This document shows positions 33,515 through 42,004 of a stretch of 42,004 nt of DNA, piece after piece. Each line of letters starts with the position of its first letter. Position 1 is the first letter of the stretch. Origin of the DNA: an uncultured Oscillospiraceae bacterium (GTDB lineage: Bacteria; Bacillota; Clostridia; Oscillospirales; Ruminococcaceae). A program made the translations under genes and the position numbers. The stretch spans positions 1 through 42,004 of the forward strand of contig CAYWRQ010000003.1 of assembly GCA_964460915.1 (NCBI GenBank), read 5' to 3'. Below the pieces are notes generated by a model. It did not search any database, had not been told where the DNA came from, and saw only the letters and a list, made by a program, of their open reading frames with translations.

Positions 33515-34330
33515 TTACAGGTACCGATAGGGTTCGCCCGTCGGAATCCAGTGCACCGGCACCGTCTCGCCCATCAGCTCGCCAATCCATTTGGCCGCGT
33601 ATTTCATGCCCAGGGCTTCCGAGTTAAAGTGCCCGAGCTGGATGATCGTTTTCTGCTGCCCCATCGCGGCGGCGTCATGGACAAAGCTCATAACCGTCCA
33701 GTCGATCAGTTCTCCCGCGATCATAACCTCCGTCTCGCCCATCATCATCTTGGTGTTGGAATCGTCAAAGGATAGGTTGCCGCCGCCCACATAGGCAACC
33801 TTGGAGATGATGCCATCGACGCAGCCGATGATGCGGACCGTCCGCATCCCAAGGATATCCTTGAGCCTGTCCGCCAGCTGCGCGACCGTCATCTGCGGAA
33901 GATGATACAGCATCGGCCTTCTGCCCGTGTCCGCGCGGTAAGGCTCCCATCCCAGCTCTTTCATAACCCCTGTGTAAATGCCGTCCGGGGTGTGGGCGTG
34001 CAGCGCGTCATGGTCGCGACAGATCACAATGCCATGCTCCGCAAGGACACGCTTCTTTTCCTGATAAACCGGGTTTTCCTCCATCCAATCGGTACAGTCG
34101 GGATGGTTATAAAAGCTCGGCTCATGGCAGATGATCAGGTTGCAGCCAAGCTCCGCCGCCTTTTTCACCACCTCGTAAACCGGCGCGCAGGTTACCGCGA
34201 TGCCGGTCAATTCCTGCTCCGGATCGCCGCACTTGACCCCGTCACAAGTTTTTGCGGGATCAATATGGTCGTAATCCCCTGCGACAGCGTGGAACGCGTG
34301 CAGTTTTTCTAAGGCTTCGGATATTTTCAT
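33515..34330 (-). CDS. NIF3-like (GTP cyclohydrolase 1 type 2 / DUF34) dinuclear-metal-centre family protein
   Basis: Contains LIICHEP and a C-terminal GHFNSE-type motif. I prefer the ATG at 34330 (GGGGGA 7 nt upstream) over the ATG at 34345. Confidence 0.65.
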   Translation of the reverse strand: MKISEALEKLHAFHAVAGDYDHIDPAKTCDGVKCGDPEQELTGIAVTCAPVYEVVKKAAELGCNLIICHEPSFYNHPDCTDWMEENPVYQEKKRVLAEHGIVICRDHDALHAHTPDGIYTGVMKELGWEPYRADTGRRPMLYHLPQMTVAQLADRLKDILGMRTVRIIGCVDGIISKVAYVGGGNLSFDDSNTKMMMGETEVMIAGELIDWTVMSFVHDAAAMGQQKTIIQLGHFNSEALGMKYAAKWIGELMGETVPVHWIPTGEPYRYL

Positions 34331-34565
34331 GATGATTTCCCCCATTGATGTACGGGCAAAAGACGGCCCGCCTATTTTTCAGCACTAACATTATACCACA
34401 CCCCTATGCATTTTGCAATTATGTGAAAAAATAGGCCGGGCAGATTTTAGATAAAACTGATAAAAATCGGAAGGGCCGTCCATCGGGAGAAAAATAGACA
34501 GCAAAAAGGGCACGGCCAAACGCACCGCACTTTCTGCTGTCTGGGATCCTGCAAAAACACGTTCT

Positions 34566-35093
34566 TTATTCGCTGACAATAACCGGCCTGCCCTCCGCCC
34601 GGGTGCGGCGCATATCCAGGTAGCGCTGGTTCTGCGAGCCGCGGAACAACAGGGTCAGATCCCGCTTAGCGAGCACAAACGGCCCGTCAATCAGGTAATC
34701 TATCTCCGCAAGCAGCGCCGCCACATCCGGCTCGCGTGCCGCCTTTTCGACCAGCTGCTCATAGGTCCACCCGGAATAGCAGGTCACGTCCAGCCCCCCG
34801 GGCAACCGGTGGATCTGTTCCGCCAGGGAAGCAAACGCTCCCGCCTGGCAAAACGGCTCTCCGCCGGAGAAGGTAACCCCCTGCAGCAGCGGGTCTTTTT
34901 TGATCTCATCCAAAATCTTCTCGACTGTGGTCACACTGCCGCCGGCAAAATCATGGGTCTGCGGGTTGTGGCAGCCGGGGCAATGGTGGGGGCAGCCCTG
35001 ACAGAAAATCGTAAAACGGATTCCCTTCCCGTCGACAATCGATTCCCGCACGACCCCCGCGATGCGCAGAGACTGCCTGTCCGTCTGGCTCAT
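34566..35093 (-). CDS. nrdG: Anaerobic ribonucleotide reductase activating protein (radical SAM)
   Basis: CQGCPHHCPGCHN cluster motif and GVTFSGGEP. It lies downstream of nrdD. Confidence 0.88.
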   Translation of the reverse strand: MSQTDRQSLRIAGVVRESIVDGKGIRFTIFCQGCPHHCPGCHNPQTHDFAGGSVTTVEKILDEIKKDPLLQGVTFSGGEPFCQAGAFASLAEQIHRLPGGLDVTCYSGWTYEQLVEKAAREPDVAALLAEIDYLIDGPFVLAKRDLTLLFRGSQNQRYLDMRRTRAEGRPVIVSE

Positions 35094-35242
35094 ATGCATC
35101 CTTCTTCCGTTTAATTTTACCTTTGCGGCTGCACTCATACACTCCAAAACGTACGGGGAAACAGCCTGCCGTAACAGACTCGTTTCCCCGCGTGCATCCC
35201 GCTATTCAATCCATGTGCCGAACCAGCGCATACCATCATTAT

Positions 35243-37573
35243 TTATTTTTCATTATTCATTCCATGCTTCACCCTGTCCTGTTCCTCGGCCTTTTTGGCG
35301 TCGTTGAAGCGGTCGGTGGTGCCGACGAGATAACCGGTAATCCGGCGGATGCGCTCGAAGCCGCGCTCCCCTTCCGTCTCCTTGCGTCGGCAGTGGGGGC
35401 ACTCGTTGGCGATGATGCCGGTAAAGCCGCAGACCGGGTCGCGGTCGACGGGATGATTGATCGAGCCGTAGCCGATGCCGACCTCTTTCATATACCGCAC
35501 AACCCGTTCAAAGGCCTCAAGGTTCTGGGTCGGGTCGCCGTCCAGTTCGATGTAGGAGATATGCCCGCCGTTGGTCAGCGCATGATAGGGCGCCTCCAGC
35601 CGCAGCTTCTCAAAAGCGGAAATATCATAATATACCGGGATATGGAAGGAGTTGGTGTAGTACTCCCGGTCGGTGACGCCGGGGATAACCCCATAGCGCA
35701 CCTTATCCTTGCGGACAAAGGTGCCTGAAAGCCCTTCCGCAGGCGTGGCAATCAACGAGAAGTTCAGGCCGGTCTCTTCGGCCGCCTGGTCCATCCGCTT
35801 CCGCATATGGCCGACGATTTTCAGCCCCAACTGCTGTGCCTCCTCCGATTCGCCGTGATGGACGCCGATCAGCGCCTTGAGACACTCCGCCAGGCCGATA
35901 AACCCGAGGGTCAGGGTGCCTTGCTTCAGCACTTCGCCGACCGTGTCATCGATTTTCAGCTTGTCCGAACCCAGCCAGACCCCCTGGCCCATCAGCATCG
36001 GGTAGTTGCGCACCCGTTTGGCCGACTGGATACGCAGCCGGTCGAGCAGCTGGTCGATAATCAAGTCGATCTTCTCGTCCAGCGTCTTGAAGAACAGGTC
36101 GACATCCCCGTGGGCATTGATCGCAAGCCTGGGGAGGTTGACCGAGGTAAAGGAGAGGTTGCCCCGCCCGGTAACGACCTCGTTGGACGGGTCGTAATGG
36201 TTGGCCAGCACCCGCGTCCGGCAGCCCATATAGGCGCACTCGGTCTCCGGATGGCCGGGTTTATAGTACTGCAGGTTATAAGGCGCGTCGATAAAGGAAA
36301 AGTTCGGGAACAGTCGCTTAGCCGAAACTCGGATCGCCAGCTTGAACAGGTCGTAGTTCGGATCGCCGGGGTTGAAGTTGACCCCTTCCTTGACCTTGAA
36401 GATATGGATCGGGAAGATCGGCGTCTCGCCCGCCCCAAGACCGGCTTCGGTCGCCAGCATAACGTTCCGGCTGACCATCCGCCCTTCGGGAGAGGTGTCG
36501 GTCCCGTAGTTGATCGAGGAAAACGGAACCTGGCTCCCGGCGCGGGAATTCATCGTGTTCAGGTTGTGAACGAGCGCTTCCATCGCCTGATAGGTCGCCC
36601 GTTCAGTCTCCTTATAGGCGTGTTTTTTCGCAAAGCCTTGCGCGCGCGCAATCGCTTCTTCCGCAAGGCCCAGTTCGATCAGGGCGGCTTTCTCCTCCGC
36701 GAGATAAGCCTCGTCCCCTTCCATCGCCGGGACGCAGCCCTTTTCCTGTATCTTTTCCAGCCGGTCCTTGACCATTTCCGCCTGCTGTTCATCGGTTTCC
36801 AGTTCTACCGCCCGGCAGAGGTTTTCCTTGTACCGTTTTTTATAGGTTTTCCGGACACCGTCTGACAGGTAATAGTCAAAACAAGGGATGCTCTGGCCGC
36901 CGTGCTGGTCGTTTTGGTTGGCCTGGATCGCGATGCAGGCCAGCGCCGAATAGGACGCGATATCGTTCGGCTCCCGCAGATGCCCGTGGCCGGTCGAAAA
37001 GCCGCCGGAAAAGAGCTTGTGCAGGTCAATCTGGCAGCAGGTCGTGGTCAGGGTCAAAAAATCGAGGTCATGGATATGGATATCCCCGTCGATATGGGCC
37101 TTCGCGTGCTCCGGCTTGAGGACAAAAAGTTGGTTAAACTTTTTCGCGCCCTCACTGCCGTATTTGAGCATTGTACCCATGGCCGAATCGGCGTCGATAT
37201 TGGCGTTTTCCCGCTTTAGGTCACTCTCGGCGGAGGACTGGAAGGTCAGCCCTTCATAAATCTTCATCAGGCTGGAGTCCATCTCCCGGATCCGGCTCCG
37301 CTCCGCGCGGTAGAGGATGTAGCTTTTCGCCGTCCCCGCATGGCCGCCGTCAACCAGAACCTTTTCGACAATATCCTGCACCTGCTCCACGTCGGGAACC
37401 TCGCCCAGCGGAATCTGCTGATCCAGACGGTTCGCCGCCGTTTCCGCCAGGGCATACGCCGTCCCGTAATCGCTGCCGCCAATTGATTGGGCCGCACGGT
37501 ATATTCCCCTCGCAATCTTATCGACGCTGAAAGAAGCTTCCCGTCCATCCCGTTTTTTGATTCTGGTTATCAC
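35243..37573 (-). CDS. nrdD: Anaerobic ribonucleoside-triphosphate reductase
   Basis: N-terminal ATP-cone (IKKRDGREASFSVDKI), a C-terminal Cys cluster (CGF...CPHC) and the glycyl-radical motif RRITGYL. GTG start. Confidence 0.93.
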   Translation of the reverse strand: MITRIKKRDGREASFSVDKIARGIYRAAQSIGGSDYGTAYALAETAANRLDQQIPLGEVPDVEQVQDIVEKVLVDGGHAGTAKSYILYRAERSRIREMDSSLMKIYEGLTFQSSAESDLKRENANIDADSAMGTMLKYGSEGAKKFNQLFVLKPEHAKAHIDGDIHIHDLDFLTLTTTCCQIDLHKLFSGGFSTGHGHLREPNDIASYSALACIAIQANQNDQHGGQSIPCFDYYLSDGVRKTYKKRYKENLCRAVELETDEQQAEMVKDRLEKIQEKGCVPAMEGDEAYLAEEKAALIELGLAEEAIARAQGFAKKHAYKETERATYQAMEALVHNLNTMNSRAGSQVPFSSINYGTDTSPEGRMVSRNVMLATEAGLGAGETPIFPIHIFKVKEGVNFNPGDPNYDLFKLAIRVSAKRLFPNFSFIDAPYNLQYYKPGHPETECAYMGCRTRVLANHYDPSNEVVTGRGNLSFTSVNLPRLAINAHGDVDLFFKTLDEKIDLIIDQLLDRLRIQSAKRVRNYPMLMGQGVWLGSDKLKIDDTVGEVLKQGTLTLGFIGLAECLKALIGVHHGESEEAQQLGLKIVGHMRKRMDQAAEETGLNFSLIATPAEGLSGTFVRKDKVRYGVIPGVTDREYYTNSFHIPVYYDISAFEKLRLEAPYHALTNGGHISYIELDGDPTQNLEAFERVVRYMKEVGIGYGSINHPVDRDPVCGFTGIIANECPHCRRKETEGERGFERIRRITGYLVGTTDRFNDAKKAEEQDRVKHGMNNEK

Positions 37574-37678
37574 TGTAGATCCATTCCTTTCGCATAAGGG
37601 AGCGCCTGCAGACAGACCCGTTCCGTTCGGGTTCTGCCTGGCTAAAATCGTACAAATTGTATATATTTTTTACGTATA

Positions 37679-37694
37679 CCACAACATCTAGTGC
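37679..37694 (-). promoter_or_regulatory. Candidate NrdR box downstream of the nrdD promoter
   Basis: CCACAACATCTAGTGC matches 12 of 16 positions of the NrdR consensus acaCwAtATaTwGtgt as I remember it, including all strongly conserved positions. Confidence 0.35.
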
Positions 37695-37713
37695 TATTGT
37701 AGTGATTGAATCC

Positions 37714-37743
37714 ATTATAGGACAGCAAAAGAATTATTGTCAA
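37714..37743 (-). promoter_or_regulatory. Sigma-A promoter of nrdDG
   Basis: On the minus strand: TTGACA (37743..37738), an 18-nt spacer, then TATAAT (37719..37714). Confidence 0.65.
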
Positions 37744-37877
37744 GGGGCCAAAAACTTTTCGTCTTTTTCGACAAAGATTGAAAAATGTGGAAATTTCATG
37801 TACAAGCTCGACAAAAAGTTTCTTTTTCCTTAGTTATATTCCCTATTGAAAAGAAAAATGTTTCATGGTAATGGGAA

Positions 37878-37910
37878 CAAAATCTGTCCGTCATAAAAAG
37901 ACAGATTTTG
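37878..37910. other. Perfect 11-bp hairpin in the nrdD-murA intergenic region
   Basis: CAAAATCTGTC (37878..37888) and GACAGATTTTG (37900..37910) with an 11-nt loop. Confidence 0.6.
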
Positions 37911-38180
37911 CCAATTTTCCACTTTTCAACCGCACTTTTGTCCTATATACAAAATGACGAATTTTTTCAAACTGTTTTGTCCAACAATCTAGATCCCTCT
38001 GTACTTGAATAAAAATCCGTGCTCTTCTTCGGCATTTTTCCCGCCCATTCCTTCCATTTTTCGTCATTTCAGCCGGATTATTATCTCCCATATTGTAAAT
38101 AGCAACCAGAAATCAAAAAGGCGGGGGAGAATCTTTTTTTTCAAAATTGGCAAAAAAACCTTTTCATTTGGCGCCGGCTG

Positions 38181-38189
38181 TGCTATACT
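38181..38189 (+). promoter_or_regulatory. Candidate extended -10 promoter of murA
   Basis: TGcTATACT, 33 nt upstream of the TTG start. Confidence 0.4.
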
Positions 38190-38221
38190 TGTAATGTTAA
38201 AAATGTAAAAGGGGTGTCGCT

Positions 38222-39508
38222 TTGGAAAAGTATGTAATCAAAGGCGGCAAAAAACTCTGTGGCGAAGTGACCATCAGCGCAGCCAAAAATTCCGCTGTTG
38301 CGATCCTGCCTGCCGCCCTTCTTTCCGACGAACCGTGTATTATAGAAAATGTTCCCAATATCAGCGATATCGACTGCGCCATCAAGATTTTACACCGTCT
38401 GGGCGCCGATGTCAAAATGCTGGATAAATCCACCCTCCGCATTGATCCGACCCATATTTGCAGTGATACCGTAGAATATGAGCTGGGCAAAAATATGCGG
38501 GCTTCCTACTATTTCATGCGCGCGCTGCTCGGAAAAGTAGGACACGCGAATGTTTCGATGCCCGGCGGCTGCGACCTGGGCGCCAGGCCCATTGACCAGC
38601 ACCTGAAGGGCTTCCAGGCCCTGGGCGCTGAAAATACCGTTGAGTACGGGATGGTTCGGCTGACGGCCGACCAGCTTACCGGCGCGCACATCTATTTCGA
38701 CGTCGTCACCGTCGGCGGGACGATCAACGTCATGCTTGCCGCCTGCAAAGCAAAGGGGCTTACTATTATTGAAAATGCCGCCAAAGAACCGCATATTGTC
38801 GATGTCGCCAACTTCCTCAACTCAATGGGCGCCGAAATCATGGGCGCCGGTACCGACGTCATCAAAATCCGCGGTGTCCAGCGGCTGCACGGCAGCGAGT
38901 ATTCGATTATTCCCGACCAGATTGAAGCCGGCACGTTTATGATTATTGCGGCGGCGACCGACGGCGATCTCCTGATCCGCGGGGTGATCCCAAAGCATCT
39001 GGAGGCCGTTACCGCCAAGCTGCAGAAAATCGGCGCGAAGGTTGTCGAATATGACGACGCCATCCGGGTGACCGGAACCGGCACTCTGCGCAAAACCAGC
39101 ATCAAAACGATGCCGCATCCTGGCTTCCCCACCGATCTGCAGCCGCAGATCACGACCCTTCTGACCCTGGCCAACGGCACCTCGATTGTCACCGAGGATA
39201 TCTTTGACAACCGATTTAAGTATGTAGATGAGCTGAGACGGATGGGGGCGGACATATCGGTCGACGGCAAGGTCGCCGTTATCGAAGGCACCGGGTGCCT
39301 AAAGGGCGCTCCGGTCAAGGCCAACGACCTGCGGGCAGGCGCCGCGATGATTATCGCCGGGTTGGCGGCACAGGGAATCACCGAGATCGAAAACATCCAT
39401 TATATTGAGCGTGGCTACGAGGGAATCGAACAAAAACTCAAGGCAATCGGAGCGGATATCAAAAAAATCTCTGTCCCCGACGGCCGGTATATTCAAAAGC
39501 AGGCTTAA
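38222..39508 (+). CDS. murA: UDP-N-acetylglucosamine 1-carboxyvinyltransferase
   Basis: Contains GGKKLCGEVTISAAKNSA and an active-site loop MPGGCDLGARPID with Cys retained. TTG start after AAAGGGG. Confidence 0.93.
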   Translation: MEKYVIKGGKKLCGEVTISAAKNSAVAILPAALLSDEPCIIENVPNISDIDCAIKILHRLGADVKMLDKSTLRIDPTHICSDTVEYELGKNMRASYYFMRALLGKVGHANVSMPGGCDLGARPIDQHLKGFQALGAENTVEYGMVRLTADQLTGAHIYFDVVTVGGTINVMLAACKAKGLTIIENAAKEPHIVDVANFLNSMGAEIMGAGTDVIKIRGVQRLHGSEYSIIPDQIEAGTFMIIAAATDGDLLIRGVIPKHLEAVTAKLQKIGAKVVEYDDAIRVTGTGTLRKTSIKTMPHPGFPTDLQPQITTLLTLANGTSIVTEDIFDNRFKYVDELRRMGADISVDGKVAVIEGTGCLKGAPVKANDLRAGAAMIIAGLAAQGITEIENIHYIERGYEGIEQKLKAIGADIKKISVPDGRYIQKQA

Positions 39509-39512
39509 CTCT

Positions 39513-39545
39513 CAAACGCTGTCGCCACCCGGTGTACAGCGTTTT
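39513..39545 (+). terminator. Rho-independent terminator after murA
   Basis: Stem AACGCTGT / ACAGCGTT followed by TTTTT. Confidence 0.7.
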
Positions 39546-39611
39546 TCCTTGCCTGTCTCTTCACGGCTCTTTCCCATCTGCCTGTATCTACATAAAGGAG
39601 ATTCATAACCG

Positions 39612-40400
39612 ATGTCCCTGTTCTACAATCTTTGCTCCTCCTCCAGCGGCAACGCCACCTTTGTCGGTGACCGGGAAGGCGGGCTGCTGTTCGATGCCGG
39701 CGTCGGCATCCGCAACTTCTCCAAATGGCTGATGCTGCAGGGGCTGACACCTGACTGTGTAGAAGGGATTTTCCTTACCCATGAACATTCGGACCATGTC
39801 AAGGGCGTCAGCGTAATTGCCCTCCGGCACGGCATCCCTGTCTACGGGAGCGAGGATACCATCCGTTGCCTCCTAGACACCGGGCGCCTCACCGGCGAAG
39901 AAGAAATCCATATCATCCGGCGGGAAACCGAAGTCGGCGGGTTCCTCGTGACAGCCGCCCCGACCTCCCACGACTCCCCCGGCAGTGTCTGCTACCGGGT
40001 CGATACGCCGGACGGGAAGGCGGTCGGGATCTGCACCGACCTGGGGTATGTATCCCCGTTGGTTTTTGAAAACATCCGCGGGGTCGACCACCTGCTGCTG
40101 GAGTCCAATTACGACGAGGAGATGCTCCGAAACGGCCCTTATCCCTACTACCTGAAAAAGCGGATTGCCTCCAAGGTCGGGCACCTTTCCAATGCCCAGT
40201 GCGCAGAAACAATCGGGCGGCTGATTGCCGCCGGGACACGTTCCTTTTCCCTGGGGCATTTAAGCGAGCACAACAACCTCCCGGAGCTGGCCCACGATAC
40301 GATCTGCGGCTACCTTACCCTGCTGGGGCTGACCGAGGGAAGGGACTATAAACTAAATGTCCTGCCGAAGGTTGGAGCCGGAAAGGCGGTGCTTTTATAG
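39612..40400 (+). CDS. MBL-fold metallo-hydrolase (YycJ/VicX-like)
   Basis: HxHxDH motif THEHSDH and a later SHD motif. 262 aa. Confidence 0.8.
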   Translation: MSLFYNLCSSSSGNATFVGDREGGLLFDAGVGIRNFSKWLMLQGLTPDCVEGIFLTHEHSDHVKGVSVIALRHGIPVYGSEDTIRCLLDTGRLTGEEEIHIIRRETEVGGFLVTAAPTSHDSPGSVCYRVDTPDGKAVGICTDLGYVSPLVFENIRGVDHLLLESNYDEEMLRNGPYPYYLKKRIASKVGHLSNAQCAETIGRLIAAGTRSFSLGHLSEHNNLPELAHDTICGYLTLLGLTEGRDYKLNVLPKVGAGKAVLL

Positions 40401-40883
40401 ATGCTTGGAGTCACGGTTCTCTGTATCGGCAAACTCAAGGAGCGATACCTGACGGACGCCTGCGGCGAATACGCGAAACGGCTCTCGGCCTTTTGCAGGC
40501 TGAGCGTCACCGAACTGCCCGAATACCGGCTGCCGGACAACCCCTCCGGGGCCGAGATACAAAAGTGCATCGAAAAAGAGGGTGAAAGCATCCTCGCCAA
40601 AATTCCCAAAGACGCCTTCGTCATCCCGATGTGCATTGAGGGGAAGATGCTCACCTCGCCGCAGCTGGCGGACAAGCTGGCCCAGATTCCCCTGATGGGC
40701 AAAAGCCAGATTGTCTTCATCATCGGCGGGTCCTGCGGCTTGTCGGACGCGGTCAAGGCGCGGGGGAATTTAAGGCTCTCCATGTCCCCGATGACCTTCC
40801 CCCATCAGCTGGCGCGGGTCATGCTGCTGGAACAAGTGTACCGCGGGTTTATGATCAACGCGGGGAATAAATATCACAAATGA
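40401..40883 (+). CDS. rlmH: 23S rRNA (pseudouridine1915-N3)-methyltransferase
   Basis: 160-aa SPOUT protein with CIGKLKERYL and FIIGGSCGLSD, plus C-terminal LLEQVYRGF and KYHK. Confidence 0.88.
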   Translation: MLGVTVLCIGKLKERYLTDACGEYAKRLSAFCRLSVTELPEYRLPDNPSGAEIQKCIEKEGESILAKIPKDAFVIPMCIEGKMLTSPQLADKLAQIPLMGKSQIVFIIGGSCGLSDAVKARGNLRLSMSPMTFPHQLARVMLLEQVYRGFMINAGNKYHK

Positions 40884-40962
40884 TAAGGGAGAATGACGAT
40901 AGATATTCATTCACCCCTCATGTCCATAGATAGAAATGAAAAAATGAAGGAGGATCTTTCCT

Positions 40963-42004
40963 ATGATTCGAAACGATTTGCGCAACATTGCCATTGTGGC
41001 TCACGTTGACCACGGCAAGACAACGCTTTTGAATGAAATGCTCAAGCAGGGCGGCGCGTTCCGCGAAAACCAGGCGGTTGAGGACCGCGTCGTCGACTCC
41101 GGCGACCTGGAACGTGAAAGAGGCATTACAATTACCTCCAAAAACACGGCCATCCGGTACAAGGACACCAAAATCAACGTCATTGATACCCCCGGCCATG
41201 CCGATTTCGGCGGCGAGGTCGAACGGATCATGAAGATGGTCGACGGTATCCTGCTGCTGGTCGACGCCTTTGAGGGATGTATGCCCCAGACCCGCTTTGT
41301 CCTGCAGAAGGCGATGGAGCTGGGCCACAAGATCATTGTTGTCGTCAACAAGATCGACCGCCCGGACGCGCGGCTGTATGAGATCGAGGAAGAGGTTTTG
41401 GAGCTGCTGCTCGACCTAAACGCCACCGAGGAACAGCTGGACTCCCCTGTCATCTACTGTTCCGGCAGAGAGGGCATCGCGTCCTTCTCCCCCGACACCC
41501 CCGGCACCGATCTGCAGCCGCTGTTTGAAAAGATTCTTGAACACATCGACGCCCCCGAAGGCGACGCTGACGGCCCGCTGCAGATGCTCGTCTCCTCGAT
41601 CGACTACAACGACTATGTCGGCCGGATTGCCGTCGGCCGGATTACCCGCGGCTCGATCCGCACCGGCCAGGAGGTCATGATCTGCGACTACCACAACCCG
41701 GAAACAAAATACAAAGGGAAGGTTGTCACCCTCTACCAGTTCGACGGATTAAAGCGTGTGCCCTGCGACTACGCGACCGTCGGGGACATCGTCTGCGTAT
41801 CCGGTATCGAGAACATTACGATTGGCGAAACCCTCTGCGATCCCGCCTGCATCGAGGCGATCCCCTTCCAGAAGATCAGCCAGCCGACCGTCGAGATGAC
41901 CTTCGGCGTCAACACCTCCCCGCTGGCCGGGCGCGAGGGAAAATACGTCACCTCCCGCCAGATCCGCGACCGCCTGTACAAAGAACTGCTGCGGGACGTC
42001 TCCC
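40963..42004 (+). CDS. typA: Translational GTPase TypA/BipA, 3'-truncated by the window edge
   Basis: This ORF is not in the supplied track because it has no stop inside the window. I translated it by hand from the ATG at 40963, which follows GAAGGAGG. The translation reads MIRNDLRNIAIVAHVDHGKTTLLNEML...DTPGHADFGGEVER...NKIDRP and stays open to position 42004. Confidence 0.9.
   Translation, partial: MIRNDLRNIAIVAHVDHGKTTLLNEMLKQGGAFRENQAVEDRVVDSGDLERERGITITSKNTAIRYKDTKINVIDTPGHADFGGEVERIMKMVDGILLLVDAFEGCMPQTRFVLQKAMELGHKIIVVVNKIDRPDARLYEIEEEVLELLLDLNATEEQLDSPVIYCSGREGIASFSPDTPGTDLQPLFEKILEHIDAPEGDADGPLQMLVSSIDYNDYVGRIAVGRITRGSIRTGQEVMICDYHNPETKYKGKVVTLYQFDGLKRVPCDYATVGDIVCVSGIENITIGETLCDPACIEAIPFQKISQPTVEMTFGVNTSPLAGREGKYVTSRQIRDRLYKELLRDVS

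Noticed and set aside
37647-37672. A second, tandem NrdR box about 32 bp from the first (region TACAAATTGTATATATTTTTT).
   Set aside because: It contains only a short ACAAATTGT palindrome. I could not align it acceptably to the 16-bp consensus, so only one box is reported, and that one with low confidence.
37891-38208. Small ORFs 37891..38091 (minus) and 38005..38208 (plus) in the nrdD-murA gap.
   Set aside because: They have no Shine-Dalgarno sequence, their products are highly basic or low-complexity, and they overlap each other. I treat the region as non-coding, as noted under findings.
40918-41981. Minus-strand ORFs 40918..41328, 41001..41453, 41416..41694 and 41769..41981.
   Set aside because: They are antisense shadows of the plus-strand typA/BipA gene. 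That gene is missing from the ORF track only because it runs off the window end.
1-42004. A search by eye for CRISPR arrays, IS or transposon ends, integrases, phage genes, toxin-antitoxin pairs, rRNA and additional tRNAs.
   Set aside because: I saw no regularly spaced direct repeats, no transposase-, recombinase- or phage-like translations, and no rRNA-like segments. Only one tRNA cloverleaf could be folded. A covariance-model and repeat-finder scan would be needed to exclude small elements.

Overview
This is a chromosomal segment that looks like an anaerobic Firmicute (Clostridia-like gene content, strong GGAGG-type ribosome-binding sites, GC-rich coding regions and AT-rich intergenic islands). 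The taxon is inference only. I support about 35 protein genes and one tRNA. I saw no rRNA, CRISPR array, transposase, integrase or phage genes. Gene order is as follows. trkA (partial) and trkH come first, then a convergent MATE exporter, an esterase, and lon-engB-lysA on the minus strand. Next is a five-gene minus-strand signalling cassette: DRTGG protein, RsbW-like HATPase kinase, sensory-type [FeFe]-hydrogenase HydS, a second DRTGG protein and a PHP phosphoesterase. It is transcribed divergently from a five-gene plus-strand NuoE/NuoF-type (electron-bifurcating class) [FeFe]-hydrogenase operon: hydC, a HATPase-only protein, a small thioredoxin-like ferredoxin, hydB and hydA. After that come a MarR regulator with a heterodimeric ABC exporter carrying one degenerate ATP site, a HEAT-repeat protein, ribokinase, a large glycoside-hydrolase-like protein, aroE, tRNA-Thr(GGU) and a flavodoxin-like reductase. 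Then come a lipoprotein gene split by a frameshift at an A6 run and an operon of a NIF3-like protein, isoaspartyl dipeptidase (no canonical start codon) and a 503-aa unknown protein. The window ends with nrdD-nrdG, murA, an MBL-fold hydrolase, rlmH and typA (partial). The most interesting region is 10.5-19.4 kb. The HydS there lacks a PAS domain, and the cassette has no DNA-binding or STAS partner. An orphan HATPase protein sits inside the structural operon, and the catalytic HydA reads TSCSP where the canonical H-cluster motif is TSCCP. All calls come from reading the ORF translations and the DNA by eye. No database search was run.
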